The translations under genes and the position numbers were made by a program. From NCBI GenBank assembly GCA_044356295.1, contig JBIKWN010000002.1:64001-128000 (forward strand): a DNA stretch of 64,000 nucleotides, in the 5' to 3' direction. Below the pieces are notes generated by a model. It saw only the letters and a program-made list of their open reading frames with translations, was not told the DNA's origin and ran no database searches. Shown here in pieces: positions 19,491 through 34,904 of the stretch; positions within the stretch are counted from its first letter, which is position 1; each line of letters begins with the position of its first letter. The stretch comes from Bdellovibrionota bacterium (GTDB lineage: Bacteria; Bdellovibrionota_C; UBA2361; JBIKWN01).

Positions 19491-20804
19491 ATGGAATTAC
19501 AATTAGACATTGAAGAGTGGAATAGGACTCCAGAAGCAGTTAGAAACTTCACAGCAACTATCCTTAAAGAATTTTCTACTTTATCCCAGGTCATCACAAG
19601 TGAGCGTCAAGCTCATGCAAGACTTCTCTGTAATCTACTAAAAATTCTTCCAGAAACAAATAAAAGAAATCAGATTCCAAATAAGGAGCCAAATAGGCAA
19701 GTAGTACTTGTTTCAGACCGCCCCTCTACTCGTCTTGCAAAGATTGCATACGGACTTACTCAAGCTGGACTGGAAGTTATTCTTTTATACAGAGATGAGC
19801 TGGATTTTAATTTTGATTTTTTTTCAGCTCAATATCAATATTCATCACCAGCTGAAGCAGTTTTATTAGCATCGCTCTTTAGTCCCATTACATTTCATGT
19901 TTTTTCAAGCGGAAATTTCGATACAGCTATTCAATTAATAAATGCAAAAGTCGGGAAAATTACGTTTGATAACTATGATCAGTTTGGCGGAATGATACTT
20001 CCAATACAAGAACAGCAAGTACACATCCAAAAAATGATTCAACAGGAAAAATACTGTCTCGAGAATGCTGATGCAATTTGTAACCGCGCACTTAGTCTTC
20101 AAATAGCAAAGAAGCAACTTAAGTATCAAACCTCAAAGCATCAGATTTTTTTTCCTGAGTATTGTTGGGATAAGGCATTTAGGCTGACCCCAAAACTAAC
20201 AGACGGCATTCATGTTGTTTTTGCTGGAAATTTCTCTGCTAAAGATTTTTATTCAAATCCAAGCATCGGTATTTTTGATAAAGCATTTATCGAAAGTCTT
20301 ACTTCAAGAGGTATTCACTACCATCTTTACCCCCCTAAAAGTCCAAATGAAGATGAATATCAAAGAGAATATAAGGACTATATACAATTAAGTAATACAA
20401 ATAAGTTTTTTCATTTTCACCGATTTGTTCCACCTGAAGAACTTCTTACTGAAATTTCACAATATCACATTGGCATCTCATCTCGCTCTAAACATGCAAT
20501 CAACTATGGAGATGTTTTCTACAATACTAATGCTATGAAGTATTTTTGTGCGAACAAGGCCTTTGATTATCTTGATGCAGGCTTAGAGATTATTTTTGGA
20601 GGGGCACAATTAATGGAATGGCTCTTAAAACGAAGTGCAGGTTGTCGAGCTTTATGGTCCGATGATATTGGCCCTCATCTCGCTCAGAAAGATATAACTC
20701 ACTTTACCAATGAATCATGTACTAAGAGAATTTCAGACGGGAGAAAAAAACTTTCTATCTCTTCCCAAATTCCTCGCTTAATTTCATTTTATGAATCGCT
20801 ATAG
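19491..20804 (+). CDS. Putative GT-B glycosyltransferase (copy GT2)
   Basis: Full-length paralogue of 14743-16143; ATG at 19491 aligns with the paralogue starts (ORF track starts at TTG 19428). Confidence 0.6.
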   Translation: MELQLDIEEWNRTPEAVRNFTATILKEFSTLSQVITSERQAHARLLCNLLKILPETNKRNQIPNKEPNRQVVLVSDRPSTRLAKIAYGLTQAGLEVILLYRDELDFNFDFFSAQYQYSSPAEAVLLASLFSPITFHVFSSGNFDTAIQLINAKVGKITFDNYDQFGGMILPIQEQQVHIQKMIQQEKYCLENADAICNRALSLQIAKKQLKYQTSKHQIFFPEYCWDKAFRLTPKLTDGIHVVFAGNFSAKDFYSNPSIGIFDKAFIESLTSRGIHYHLYPPKSPNEDEYQREYKDYIQLSNTNKFFHFHRFVPPEELLTEISQYHIGISSRSKHAINYGDVFYNTNAMKYFCANKAFDYLDAGLEIIFGGAQLMEWLLKRSAGCRALWSDDIGPHLAQKDITHFTNESCTKRISDGRKKLSISSQIPRLISFYESL

Positions 20805-20859
20805 TCTCACTGTAATTATAATCAAGCATTACTAGTATTATTTGTTAATCCGGTAAAGA

Positions 20860-21087
20860 ATGGCTGAGAAAAAAACTGATTTTTAAATTGCGACACAGAC
20901 ATACACATAGATTGATGTTTTAAAAAAGATTCTTCTATCGTTATAAATGCATAGAGAGATGACCACGAGAAAGAAAAACTTCTTCAATAGAACATTGCCG
21001 CCCAAACCCATATGCATATAGATGGGTGGGAGCTACTTTTTAAGGATATTGGGTTTAATTGTGATTTCTACTGATTTTTCCTAGTAA
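20860..21087 (+). pseudogene. Internally deleted methyltransferase remnant
   Basis: ATGGCTGAG (MAE) start, then a decayed 3' end (IVINA*RDDHEKEKLLQ*NIAAQTHMHIDGW...DIG...DFY*FF). Confidence 0.8.
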
Positions 21088-21205
21088 CTAGCTGATATTA
21101 TACATTTAATATCCTTATTCTTTACAATCAGAAAGAGGAAGATTTCGGTTTCTTAGTCGCATCTTATACATCTGTAGTCTAAATATCCCGAATCTCTGAA
21201 ATATT

Positions 21206-22558
21206 ATGGTCAATATAGAAATTGAAATCTGGAATGCCACTCCAGAAGTTGTTCAACATGCTATCGTTAGAATTGCCGAAGAACTTTCAGCAACGTGTCA
21301 AGTTCTTGCTAGTGAGCGAGAAATACAAACAAGACTAAGTCAACAGATAGAAGTTCTCAAAAAACAAAATCAGCAGGTAATTAATCTAACGAAGACGCTC
21401 CAAGAAGTAATTAAAAAAAATCAGTCTCCAAAACAAGAAAAAAATAAACAGGTAGTCTTAGTATCAGACTATCCACCTCCTCGTCTTGCAAAGATTGCAT
21501 ATGGTCTGACACAGGCTGGTTGGGAGGTTATACTTCTTTATAAAGACAAACTTGAATACGATATATCTTTTTTTTCAGCTATATACCAGTATACAACAGC
21601 CGAAGAAGCCGTTCTTCTCGCCTCACTGTTTAGTCCAGTGACCTATCATGTCTTTTCAAGCTGGAATTACGATACAGCTATTCGATTAATCGACGCAAAG
21701 ATTGGGAAAATTACTTTTGACAATTACGACCAATTTGGCGGTATGATGCTGTCTAAATGGGAACAAATTGAGCACTATCAAAATTTAACCAAAGAAGAGA
21801 AGTATTGCATCGAAAATGCTGATGCAATTTGTAACCGAGCACTGAGTCTTCAAGTTGCAAAGAGACAACTAAATTATAAACTGACTAAACCCCGGATTTT
21901 CTTTCCTGACTACTGTTGGGATAAAAGCTTCACACTAAAACCGAAATTAACCGACGGAATACATGTAGTCTTTCCAGGTAATTTTTCTACTGAACAATTC
22001 CATGCTTCGCCAAGTCTTAGTATTTTTGATAAAGAATTTATTGAAAGTCTTTCGGCGAGAAAAATTCACTACCATATTTATCCATCTTTAGTCACAAATA
22101 ATGAGGTAGAATTTCAAGAAAGATATAAAGACTTTATAGAATTGAGTAATACAAATAAATTTTTCCATTTTCACCATTACATTCCACCTGAAGAGTTAAT
22201 ATCAGAAATATCCCAATATCATGTTGGCATAACATCGCGGTCTAAGATTTCTTGCGAACGAGGGGATACATTCAATAACCCTTCAGCTATGAAGTATTTT
22301 TGTTCAAACAAAGCTTTTGATTTCCTAGATGCTGGATTAGATGTTATTTTTGGTGGCTCTCAGTTAATGGAATGGTTACTTAAGCGAAGCGCAGGTTGTC
22401 ATGGAGCGCTATCAGAAGATATAGGACCAATTCTAGAACAAAAGACGGTCGATGATTATAAGAGTGAAGGATTTGAGAAACAGATTTCCGATGGTCGAAA
22501 AAAACTATCAATTTCACGACATATTCCCCGCTTAATTTCATTTTATGAATCAATTTAG
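21206..22558 (+). CDS. Putative GT-B glycosyltransferase (copy GT3)
   Basis: Full-length paralogue of GT1 and GT2. Confidence 0.6.
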   Translation: MVNIEIEIWNATPEVVQHAIVRIAEELSATCQVLASEREIQTRLSQQIEVLKKQNQQVINLTKTLQEVIKKNQSPKQEKNKQVVLVSDYPPPRLAKIAYGLTQAGWEVILLYKDKLEYDISFFSAIYQYTTAEEAVLLASLFSPVTYHVFSSWNYDTAIRLIDAKIGKITFDNYDQFGGMMLSKWEQIEHYQNLTKEEKYCIENADAICNRALSLQVAKRQLNYKLTKPRIFFPDYCWDKSFTLKPKLTDGIHVVFPGNFSTEQFHASPSLSIFDKEFIESLSARKIHYHIYPSLVTNNEVEFQERYKDFIELSNTNKFFHFHHYIPPEELISEISQYHVGITSRSKISCERGDTFNNPSAMKYFCSNKAFDFLDAGLDVIFGGSQLMEWLLKRSAGCHGALSEDIGPILEQKTVDDYKSEGFEKQISDGRKKLSISRHIPRLISFYESI

Positions 22559-22605
22559 TCAATTTAATTCATTTTCTAGAATAACGAAAAGTGTAACGAT
22601 ACAGC

Positions 22606-23271
22606 ATGGCTGAAATAAATCTACTAGATCTCTATCCTCGTTCCAAACGCCCAATCGAAGAGCGTGGTCAACAAATTACAGAAACCCATCGTGATATAGC
22701 TCGAAAGTTTGGAGTAGAATATTTTGATGGAGACCGGCTCACAGGTTACGGTGGATACAAGTATCATCCTCGATTCTGGCAGGATACTGTTAAGCGATTC
22801 AGAGACTACTATAATTTACAACCTAATGCTCGAGTGCTTGATATTGGCTGTGCTAAAGGCTTTATGCTGCATGATTTTAAAGAACTCATGCCCGATCTTG
22901 ATATAACCGGAATTGATATTTCAGATTATGCTTATCAAAACTCACTTGAAAGTGTGCGTCCTTATTTACAAGTTGGAAATGCTACTTCTTTACCGTTTGC
23001 CGACAACTCCTTTGATTTAGTAATTTGCATTAACACTGTTCACAATCTACCTCTTGAACAATGCAAAACTGCCTTGCGTGAAATTCAAAGAGTTACAAAA
23101 AATAATTCCTTTGTAACGATGGATGCATGGCGAAACGATCAAGAAAAACTATCACTCATGAAATGGAACCTTACTGCACTCACCTATATGCATGTCGATG
23201 AGTGGAAGAAGTTATTTAAAGATATTGGATATGAGGGTGATTACTACTGGTTTATTGCTGAATCAGCGTAA
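22606..23271 (+). CDS. Class I SAM-dependent methyltransferase (copy MT2)
   Basis: VLDIGCAKG and LPFADNSFDLV motifs; paralogue of 13910-14623. Confidence 0.9.
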   Translation: MAEINLLDLYPRSKRPIEERGQQITETHRDIARKFGVEYFDGDRLTGYGGYKYHPRFWQDTVKRFRDYYNLQPNARVLDIGCAKGFMLHDFKELMPDLDITGIDISDYAYQNSLESVRPYLQVGNATSLPFADNSFDLVICINTVHNLPLEQCKTALREIQRVTKNNSFVTMDAWRNDQEKLSLMKWNLTALTYMHVDEWKKLFKDIGYEGDYYWFIAESA

Positions 23272-23291
23272 CCTATCTCTTTCCATAAAAC

Positions 23292-24680
23292 TTAAAAAAT
23301 CTTGCCTGGATTCAAAATCCCCTTAGGATCAAATGCACTCTTAATTTGCCTCATCAAAGAAATTTCATGTTGCGTTCTTGACATCATTAAGTATGGCTTT
23401 CGAAGCAGTCCAATACCATGCTCCGCCGAAATACTTCCGCCGAATTTAGAAACAAGCGAAAATACTTTTTCATCAGCTTGTTGACATAGCGTATGAAATG
23501 CCTCGAGTGACATAGTATTCGGTTTAATAAGTGAAACGTGCAAATTTCCATCACCTATATGACCAAAATAGAATGCAGTACACTCTTGAAAATAACAGCT
23601 TAAAAGTAACCGAATTTCATAAATTAACCCTGCAAATAATTGTACTGGACCAGAAATATCATACTTATGTGGAAAGAAATTTGCTCGTATTGATTCTGAG
23701 ATAGCATCTCGATATTCATACAAATCAGAGACATGCTTTACACTCTCAGCAATTACAACATCCTGTAAAATGCCTACCTCTAAACTTTCAGAAAAAACAT
23801 CCTGTGCTTTATCTTTTTGAATAACATCCGTGGCTTCGAAGTCAATCAAGCAATAATGAGGATATGATTTTGAAAATGGTTCTCTTTTCTTTTTATGTTT
23901 AATGACTACCTGCATTGAAGCATCATCAATATACTCAAATACATTAATTGGAATCCCTTTTTTATTAAACGCAGCAAGAATTCCAAAAAATCTCTCACTT
24001 TGGTTGGCAGCAATTAAAGCAACTACTGACTCTTTAGGTTTTGGTCGAAGTCGAACAGTAACTTCCACAATGACGCCAAGTGTACCCTCTGAACCAATAA
24101 ATAAGTGCCTAAAATCGTAACCTGTTTGGTTCTTTATCAGCTCGCCGTTTAATGAGAGTACTTCACCATTTGCCAGTACAACCTTTAATCCAACTATCCA
24201 ATCACGCGTTACTCCATGTCGGATTACTCGGATACCTCCTGCGTTGGTGGCAGCATTTCCTCCTATCTGACTTGAACCTTTACTTGCTATATCAACGCCA
24301 AAAAAAAGACCTTCCAGTTCGGCTTTTTTTTGTATTGATTCTGTTGTTACGCCTGCTTGGCAGGTAAGAAGTGAGGACTCCTCAGAAAAAGATAAGATCT
24401 TATTCATACGAGACAAAGACAGTATAACTTCTTTGTTGGTAGCGGTTGCTCCACCGCTGTATCCTGTTCTCCCACCTGACGGGACAACTGGTATGCCACG
24501 TTCATTACAGGCAGCTAAAACTTTAGAAACTTCTTCAATCGTTTGCGGAAAAATGACTACTGATGGATTCGCGACAAACTCTTTACATGCATCTTGCCCA
24601 TAATACAGTAAATCTGTTGGTTCAAATGAAATAGAATCTAAAGGCAATAGCTGTTGTAAGAAAGTCAAATCAGTATTCAT
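23292..24680 (-). CDS. FAD-binding oxidoreductase (GlcD / D-2-hydroxyacid dehydrogenase family)
   Basis: PSGGRTG, IGGNAATNAGG, GSEGTLG, GHIGDGNLH, SAEHGIG and DPKGILNPGK motifs. Confidence 0.9.
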   Translation of the reverse strand: MNTDLTFLQQLLPLDSISFEPTDLLYYGQDACKEFVANPSVVIFPQTIEEVSKVLAACNERGIPVVPSGGRTGYSGGATATNKEVILSLSRMNKILSFSEESSLLTCQAGVTTESIQKKAELEGLFFGVDIASKGSSQIGGNAATNAGGIRVIRHGVTRDWIVGLKVVLANGEVLSLNGELIKNQTGYDFRHLFIGSEGTLGVIVEVTVRLRPKPKESVVALIAANQSERFFGILAAFNKKGIPINVFEYIDDASMQVVIKHKKKREPFSKSYPHYCLIDFEATDVIQKDKAQDVFSESLEVGILQDVVIAESVKHVSDLYEYRDAISESIRANFFPHKYDISGPVQLFAGLIYEIRLLLSCYFQECTAFYFGHIGDGNLHVSLIKPNTMSLEAFHTLCQQADEKVFSLVSKFGGSISAEHGIGLLRKPYLMMSRTQHEISLMRQIKSAFDPKGILNPGKIF

Positions 24681-24758
24681 AATTCATACATCTGCGATCT
24701 ATAATAAAAGAAGCTTCGCTTATGTTATATCTTCTCAATAGAAGATTAGAAGATATGA

Positions 24759-25421
24759 TTATACCAAATACTGCGTTGGATCCTTGATATGAGCCAATTG
24801 AAAAGCCTCTTTCCGTTCAACACACGTACCACACTGTCCACAATGAACTTCACCACCCTCATAGCAACTCCAAGTAATCTTATATGGTACCGAAAGTTTA
24901 GTGCCACATTCGACGATTTTGCTCTTGGTCTGACTATCAAAAGGAGAGATAAGCTCAATAGATTCCCAATCGCATAACTTAAATGCGTCTCTCATTGCTT
25001 GTATAAAAGAAATTCTGCAATCTGGATAAAGTGTGTGATCACCTGCGTGAGCTGCGTATGCAATATTTTGAGCCTTTAAAGAAACTGCAAGTGCACCCGC
25101 GAGTGATAAGAATACCATATTTCTATTTGGAACCACGGTGCTTTTCATAGATTCATCAGTATAATGTCCATGTGGAATCACCTTATCAAGTGATGTTAAC
25201 GAACTACCAGAGAACAACGAAGCGACACTCGATATATCAGCTATGTGATGTTTAATATCAAAATATGTAGCAATTTCTTGTGAAGCTATAATTTCTTTCT
25301 TATGTCTTTGACCATACAAAATTGAAAGCGCGGTAACTTCATGACCCTGTGATTTCAACAATCCAACTAACGTTGTCGAATCGAGTCCACCACTTAGTAG
25401 AACTATTGTTTTCTGACTCAT
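24759..25421 (-). CDS. queC: 7-cyano-7-deazaguanine synthase
   Basis: SGGLDS, VPNRN, YPDCR and TWSCY...HCGQCGTCVER motifs. Confidence 0.95.
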   Translation of the reverse strand: MSQKTIVLLSGGLDSTTLVGLLKSQGHEVTALSILYGQRHKKEIIASQEIATYFDIKHHIADISSVASLFSGSSLTSLDKVIPHGHYTDESMKSTVVPNRNMVFLSLAGALAVSLKAQNIAYAAHAGDHTLYPDCRISFIQAMRDAFKLCDWESIELISPFDSQTKSKIVECGTKLSVPYKITWSCYEGGEVHCGQCGTCVERKEAFQLAHIKDPTQYLV

Positions 25422-25461
25422 CTTTATTTTTATTTATGAGTTTATAGCTTAAGAATTTTAT

Positions 25462-25500
25462 AAAAAAAAAGCCCTGATAATTGTTTCCAATTATCAGGGC
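25462..25500 (-). terminator. Rho-independent terminator of the rRNA operon
   Basis: Perfect 13-bp stem GCCCTGATAATTG/CAATTATCAGGGC followed by a T-run on the minus strand, directly after 5S. Confidence 0.88.
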
Positions 25501-25505
25501 AAAAA

Positions 25506-25615
25506 CCTGGCAACGACCTACTTTCCCGGGAGATCCCAGTATCATCGGCGCAGAAGAGCTTAACTACCGTGTTCGGAATGGGAACGGGTGTGACCTCTTC
25601 GCGATAATCACCAGA
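25506..25615 (-). rRNA. rrf: 5S ribosomal RNA
   Basis: Reverse complement contains CACCCGTTCCCATTCCGAACACGG and GCCGATGATACT...AGTAGGTCGTTGCCAGG. Confidence 0.95.
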
Positions 25616-26007
25616 CTAAATAAGTTCGAAAACTGATTTAGTCAGATGACTTTCAATAACTATTTACCAAACTCAGCTTCAAGCATGGGTCCAGGGCAAA
25701 GCCCTGGTTTGCAAGCGACTAGCGCAGCAAAGGGCCTGAGCGCCGAGCGGGCAATCCGGCTATCGGTAGAAAATGTCTTGTCGATCGTAATTCGCGTTTC
25801 TTGAATCTTAATTCCCGAGCGCATCAAGAATCTTTTTATTAAAAAAGATTACAAATAATTCACTCACAAATGTTTTGCTTCGAACGATTTAGAAGCAAAA
25901 CCTTTTCTCTACGTCGATGCAACCCATCAAGATTGCAGACCTTGCAACGCTATCAATCACAACAACCGAAGTTGTCACTTTATCAATCGCACAAATAAGA
26001 AAAGTAA

Positions 26008-29358
<3,351 letters not shown>

Positions 29359-29629
29359 AATTTATATCTATGAGCTATTAAGCTGATCCTCTAATTTGGA
29401 TAAATCCAAATTGAGTTCTCAACTCTTTGTTTCCTAAGAAACAAAGAAAATATTCGTAACGATCATCACTTTCTTTTCAGACATAGTCTTAAAGAAAATA
29501 TGATTCGCCTTGATGCGCTCGAGAATTTTGACTCAAGAAAAATTGCTGTATCGCCCTAAAATTTAGAAGTCATCACACGACTAAATTTTCGATACAGAAT
29601 TGTCTTAAAATTATTCTCGGACAAGACAT

Positions 29630-29651
29630 CTTCTACCCATAACCAAATTGT
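29630..29651 (-). promoter_or_regulatory. rRNA spacer boxA/processing element, repeated in the leader at 31870-31891
   Basis: CTTCTACCCATAACC(A/G)AATTGT occurs ahead of both 23S and 16S; the spacer copy is complementary to about 25761-25782 downstream of 23S. Confidence 0.55.
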
Positions 29652-30078
29652 AAACGATCACAATTCCTACTTTTTAACTATGCAAACTTCACATAGCGAA
29701 TAAATAGAAAAATCTTTTAAACTTTCGTAAAAAAGAAATTGATGAAATGCGATCATCGATAGAAGCCTCAACTAAGAAACATAGCAATTAACATTGGTAA
29801 CAAAATAATTCTCTTTCAAGAACTACCTTGAGAGTTTATCCAATGTGCGTTGAATGATTTGACTCATTCAACATCGAAATCTACGGCGGAAGCCGTAAAC
29901 TCGAAAACTGTTTAAGGGTCTTAAACGTTATCAATATCGAACAAGTTATTAATCAGCCTTACCTTGTTGCAAAATTGTGTATTTCTACACTGGAAAAACC
30001 AACCGATTTGATGGAAAGAGTATTACCCCACATCATCAATCTATCGCCTTTCGGCGTAGGTTTTTCATTTGCTCCATT

Positions 30079-31598
<1,520 letters not shown>

Positions 31599-32098
31599 GA
31601 ATAATAATTGCTATGTATTCACATAAATTTTTTGAAACTGTCTTAATAATTGTTTCGTTCTTTCAAACGAAACGCTCGGATATTGATTATAAAGAAAATT
31701 GACTAAAGGGTTAACAAGAAAGAATAAATTCGATCTTGCCACCTTAGTTTAATTAACTTAACGTTTAAACCGTCGAACGATTTCTCGTTCGGCTTGACTT
31801 GTATATGTTTAAAAACTCTTACGAATCTTCAAACAACTACTACATCGTCTTAAACAATCTTAGTTGTGACTTCTACCCATAACCGAATTGTGTCCCACTC
31901 TTAAAGTCCTTGCGAATTTTAAGACGAAAAAGCCATATCCAATAAATCAATTTGGCAATTGCCTAGCTGACTTTCGGTTCACCATTCCTCGAAGCTTTCA
32001 CCAGAGGAGGACTAACTAGCTGTTTTCGTTGCTGTTTCTCGCAGCGAGGAAAGATTTTTTAATTTCTTTCTTTTTGCGTAGCAACAAACGGGAGTCGA

Positions 32099-32176
32099 AG
32101 GTTACAGGATGCGGGGTGCTCGTGTCAACGATTGTGGGATCTTTTTTTTACATTTTTTTTACATTTTTAAAATTTT
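32099..32176 (-). promoter_or_regulatory. Sigma70-type rRNA promoter with upstream A-tracts
   Basis: Minus strand TTGACA (32128-32123)-N18-TAACCT (32104-32099), preceded by phased A-tracts. Confidence 0.65.
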
Positions 32177-32414
32177 CTCAGAAGTATTGATTTATAAGGG
32201 TTTTTGAGCTTTTTAGTGTAGAAAAGATTTTCTAGCCCCAGATGTGACTTGATACTCGTAATACCCATTCTTCAGTTCTTTTTATAAAGCTCTCTTTAGA
32301 TTCAGGCTTCACCTTCTGTAGAATTTTTCAGATAAGCACAAAACATCCCTATCTAAAGTTAGAGTTATATTTGCTAATACATCCCGGGCGATTTTTTCTA
32401 GGAGCCTCCCCCGT

Positions 32415-32873
32415 TTGTACTGCTCTGCCCTATTTTTCGTATTGGTGGCAAAAAATAGTAACTATCAAAGCTACGAAGCAGACGATGATTTAACACCTTC
32501 AATGAAAGATGCAATTTTAAAAAGTCTTCCGATAACTTATGAAATGCGAAAGGAGTTTGTATTCGTCATACTCTCGCGAGTAAAAGAAATGATGCAGTCA
32601 TACGAACGTATCGTCGTTTCGCAAGCGATGAGAAAATTAATCCATCGTGAGATATTTCTTAAGGAACTTGGTGTAGATATTTGTTTTGTCTTTTTAACTG
32701 CGCCTAATGAATTAATCGATGCGCGACTAGAGAATCGAGCCGTAGGAATTAGTAAAGAGTACGCTGCCCTACTTCGTAAAGATTTTGATATTCCTCCTGA
32801 GGGTACCTTAACACTGCATAATGATAGTGATGATCTTAGAATTATTTCTCAGTTAAATTCTTTTTATAACTGA
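32415..32873 (+). pseudogene. Gluconokinase/NMP-kinase-like ORF lacking the N-terminal P-loop
   Basis: YEADDDL, FVFLTAP..LIDARLENR and LHND resemble small P-loop kinases, but no GxxGxGK motif is present. Confidence 0.4.
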
Positions 32874-32931
32874 ATTGAATGATTCGCTTCTGGATGATTC
32901 AACATTAATTCAAAATCAGTTTAAGAAAAAA

Positions 32932-34818
32932 TTACTGAAGAAGCCTTAGGGCTAATGCAGGCTCTTGAGAAGCTTGTGCAAGAATAGCTGCTGCTGCTTG
33001 CTGAACTATACGTTTAGAAATCAGTGCTGATGACTCTTCTGCAACATCAACATCCATAATTCTTGATTCTGCTGCTTTATATTGTTCTCGAGATCCAGAT
33101 AGATGGTTTAATGTTATTGAATACCTACTCATGAATGATCCAATAGATCCTAATTCGGATTGAATACGGGAAAATACTGAATCAATAACACTTAGTGAAT
33201 TTAATGCGTCTTGTCTTGTATTTAAATTAAGCGTTGCCATGTCAGATGAGAACTGCTGATTTTGAGTTAGAGTGACAACGCGCCCTGTTCCAGTAGAGGT
33301 AAAAAGGATCTCCATTGATCCGTTATTATCTAAATCTCCTATAACTGGTGCGAAGGCTGTTCCGTTTCCAGTTGCATAACTAACTGCAGCTTTAAAAGTA
33401 CCGTCACCATTGCCGATAAGAGCTTCAAAAACACCAGTACCAAAATAAGTGCTATATAAGTCCATGATACCGTCGCCGTTAAGGTCTCCACTGACGAGAG
33501 CTGTATAACCGTTAGAGCTGCCACTACTTATAGTTGCTCCGAATGTACCATTTCCATTTCCAAGACGTACCTTTATTCGATTAGACCCTGCTGCATCGAA
33601 TCCAATTATATCCAAAATCCCATCGCCATTCATATCTGTGGCACTAACGCCTGTTACTTCGCCAGAACCAATATTGATAGTCGTTGGTGCAGCAAATGAT
33701 CCATTCGTATTGGCATATAAAATTCCTAGGTTTCCTCCGCTTGAAAAGTTAACAAGTATATCAGCGCGACCATCACCGTTCATATCAGTAAGGTTAATCC
33801 CCATATTCCCGTTTACTCCGGTAAGAGTCCTTGTAGTAGCAGCTTGATAAGTTCCATTTCCATTACCAAGTAAGACCGAAAATCCTGAAGCACTTGAACG
33901 CCAACTAACAAGGTCTTGAATTCCATCACCATTAATATCACCGGCAGTAACCCCTGAAAGAGCTCCGCCGCCAAATCCAGCTGCAACAGTAGAATTTACC
34001 GCGAATGAACCATCACCATTCCCTAACGCAACAGAAATTGTTCCACTTCCATTTCCTACGCCTATAAGATCGAGTTTTCCATCTCCGTTCAGATCTATCA
34101 GCTGTGATGGTGATGTGAATTCAGACCTATACGTAACTTCTACTCTGAATGTTCCATCTCCGTTTCCTAATCGAACAGCAGTCCCATTTTGAAATGAGTT
34201 TGTTCCATAAATTTGATCAAGATTTCCATCACCATTAAGGTCAGCTAACAGAATCCTATTACCAGTCATAGATGTAGTGTATGTTTGATGAGAAGCAACC
34301 GATCCAGTACCAACAAATCTTCCAAGTTTATTCCCTAACTGCGAAGACAGAATCGCATCATTTCCTTTTCCTGCTTGAAGTGTTAACGAACGACTGGTGC
34401 CATCAAGTAAATTAATTCCATTAAATCTTGTGGAAGCTATGACTCGATTAAATTCATTTACAAGTGCGTCTGCTTCAGCATCCAGAGAGCGACGTTGACT
34501 TGTACCGTAAACTCCATTTGAAGATTGTATTGCAAGTTCACGTAATCGCATGGTTAGTCCACTGACGGATTGCAATGCACCTTCTGCAATAGAGAGCATA
34601 CTAATACCATCATTAACGTTACGAATAGCTTGAGTAAAAATTCTTGAATCAGTATTCAGTGATGAAGCAATCGAAAGACCGGCAGCATCATCCGATGCGC
34701 GATTAATGCGCATACCACTTGATAAGCGGGTATAGATCGACTGCAGCGACTCATCCGCTTTCCCAAGGCTACGTTGTGCTTGCAACGCAGCTATGTTTGA
34801 ACCTATCCGTATGCTCAA
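32932..34818 (-). CDS. fliC: Flagellin with a central FG-GAP/VCBS repeat domain
   Basis: N-terminal RLSSGMRINRASDDAAGL and C-terminal AESRIMDVDVAEE flank seven DxNGDGxxD-type repeats; TTG start with AAGGA RBS. Confidence 0.88.
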   Translation of the reverse strand: MSIRIGSNIAALQAQRSLGKADESLQSIYTRLSSGMRINRASDDAAGLSIASSLNTDSRIFTQAIRNVNDGISMLSIAEGALQSVSGLTMRLRELAIQSSNGVYGTSQRRSLDAEADALVNEFNRVIASTRFNGINLLDGTSRSLTLQAGKGNDAILSSQLGNKLGRFVGTGSVASHQTYTTSMTGNRILLADLNGDGNLDQIYGTNSFQNGTAVRLGNGDGTFRVEVTYRSEFTSPSQLIDLNGDGKLDLIGVGNGSGTISVALGNGDGSFAVNSTVAAGFGGGALSGVTAGDINGDGIQDLVSWRSSASGFSVLLGNGNGTYQAATTRTLTGVNGNMGINLTDMNGDGRADILVNFSSGGNLGILYANTNGSFAAPTTINIGSGEVTGVSATDMNGDGILDIIGFDAAGSNRIKVRLGNGNGTFGATISSGSSNGYTALVSGDLNGDGIMDLYSTYFGTGVFEALIGNGDGTFKAAVSYATGNGTAFAPVIGDLDNNGSMEILFTSTGTGRVVTLTQNQQFSSDMATLNLNTRQDALNSLSVIDSVFSRIQSELGSIGSFMSRYSITLNHLSGSREQYKAAESRIMDVDVAEESSALISKRIVQQAAAAILAQASQEPALALRLLQ

Positions 34819-34876
34819 AACATCATCCTTGTGACAAAGATCTTGCCCCTTAAAAAGGGTTCCTCATCATCTTCTT

Positions 34877-34904
34877 AGATCGACCTAAGATCGTATATTG
34901 TTTA
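34877..34904 (-). promoter_or_regulatory. Possible sigma28 (FliA) promoter of the flagellin gene
   Basis: Minus strand TAAA-N16-GTCGATCT versus consensus TAAA-N15-GCCGATAA; the leader also has a CsrA-like ACAAGGATG at the RBS. Confidence 0.4.

Noticed and set aside
24759..25421. queC as part of a 7-deazaguanine DNA-modification or Qat defence system
   Set aside because: Canonical-length QueC with no dpd, qat or tgt-like neighbours
25506..25615. Shortened helix IV in the 5S rRNA
   Set aside because: Within normal lineage-level variation; no functional claim can be supported
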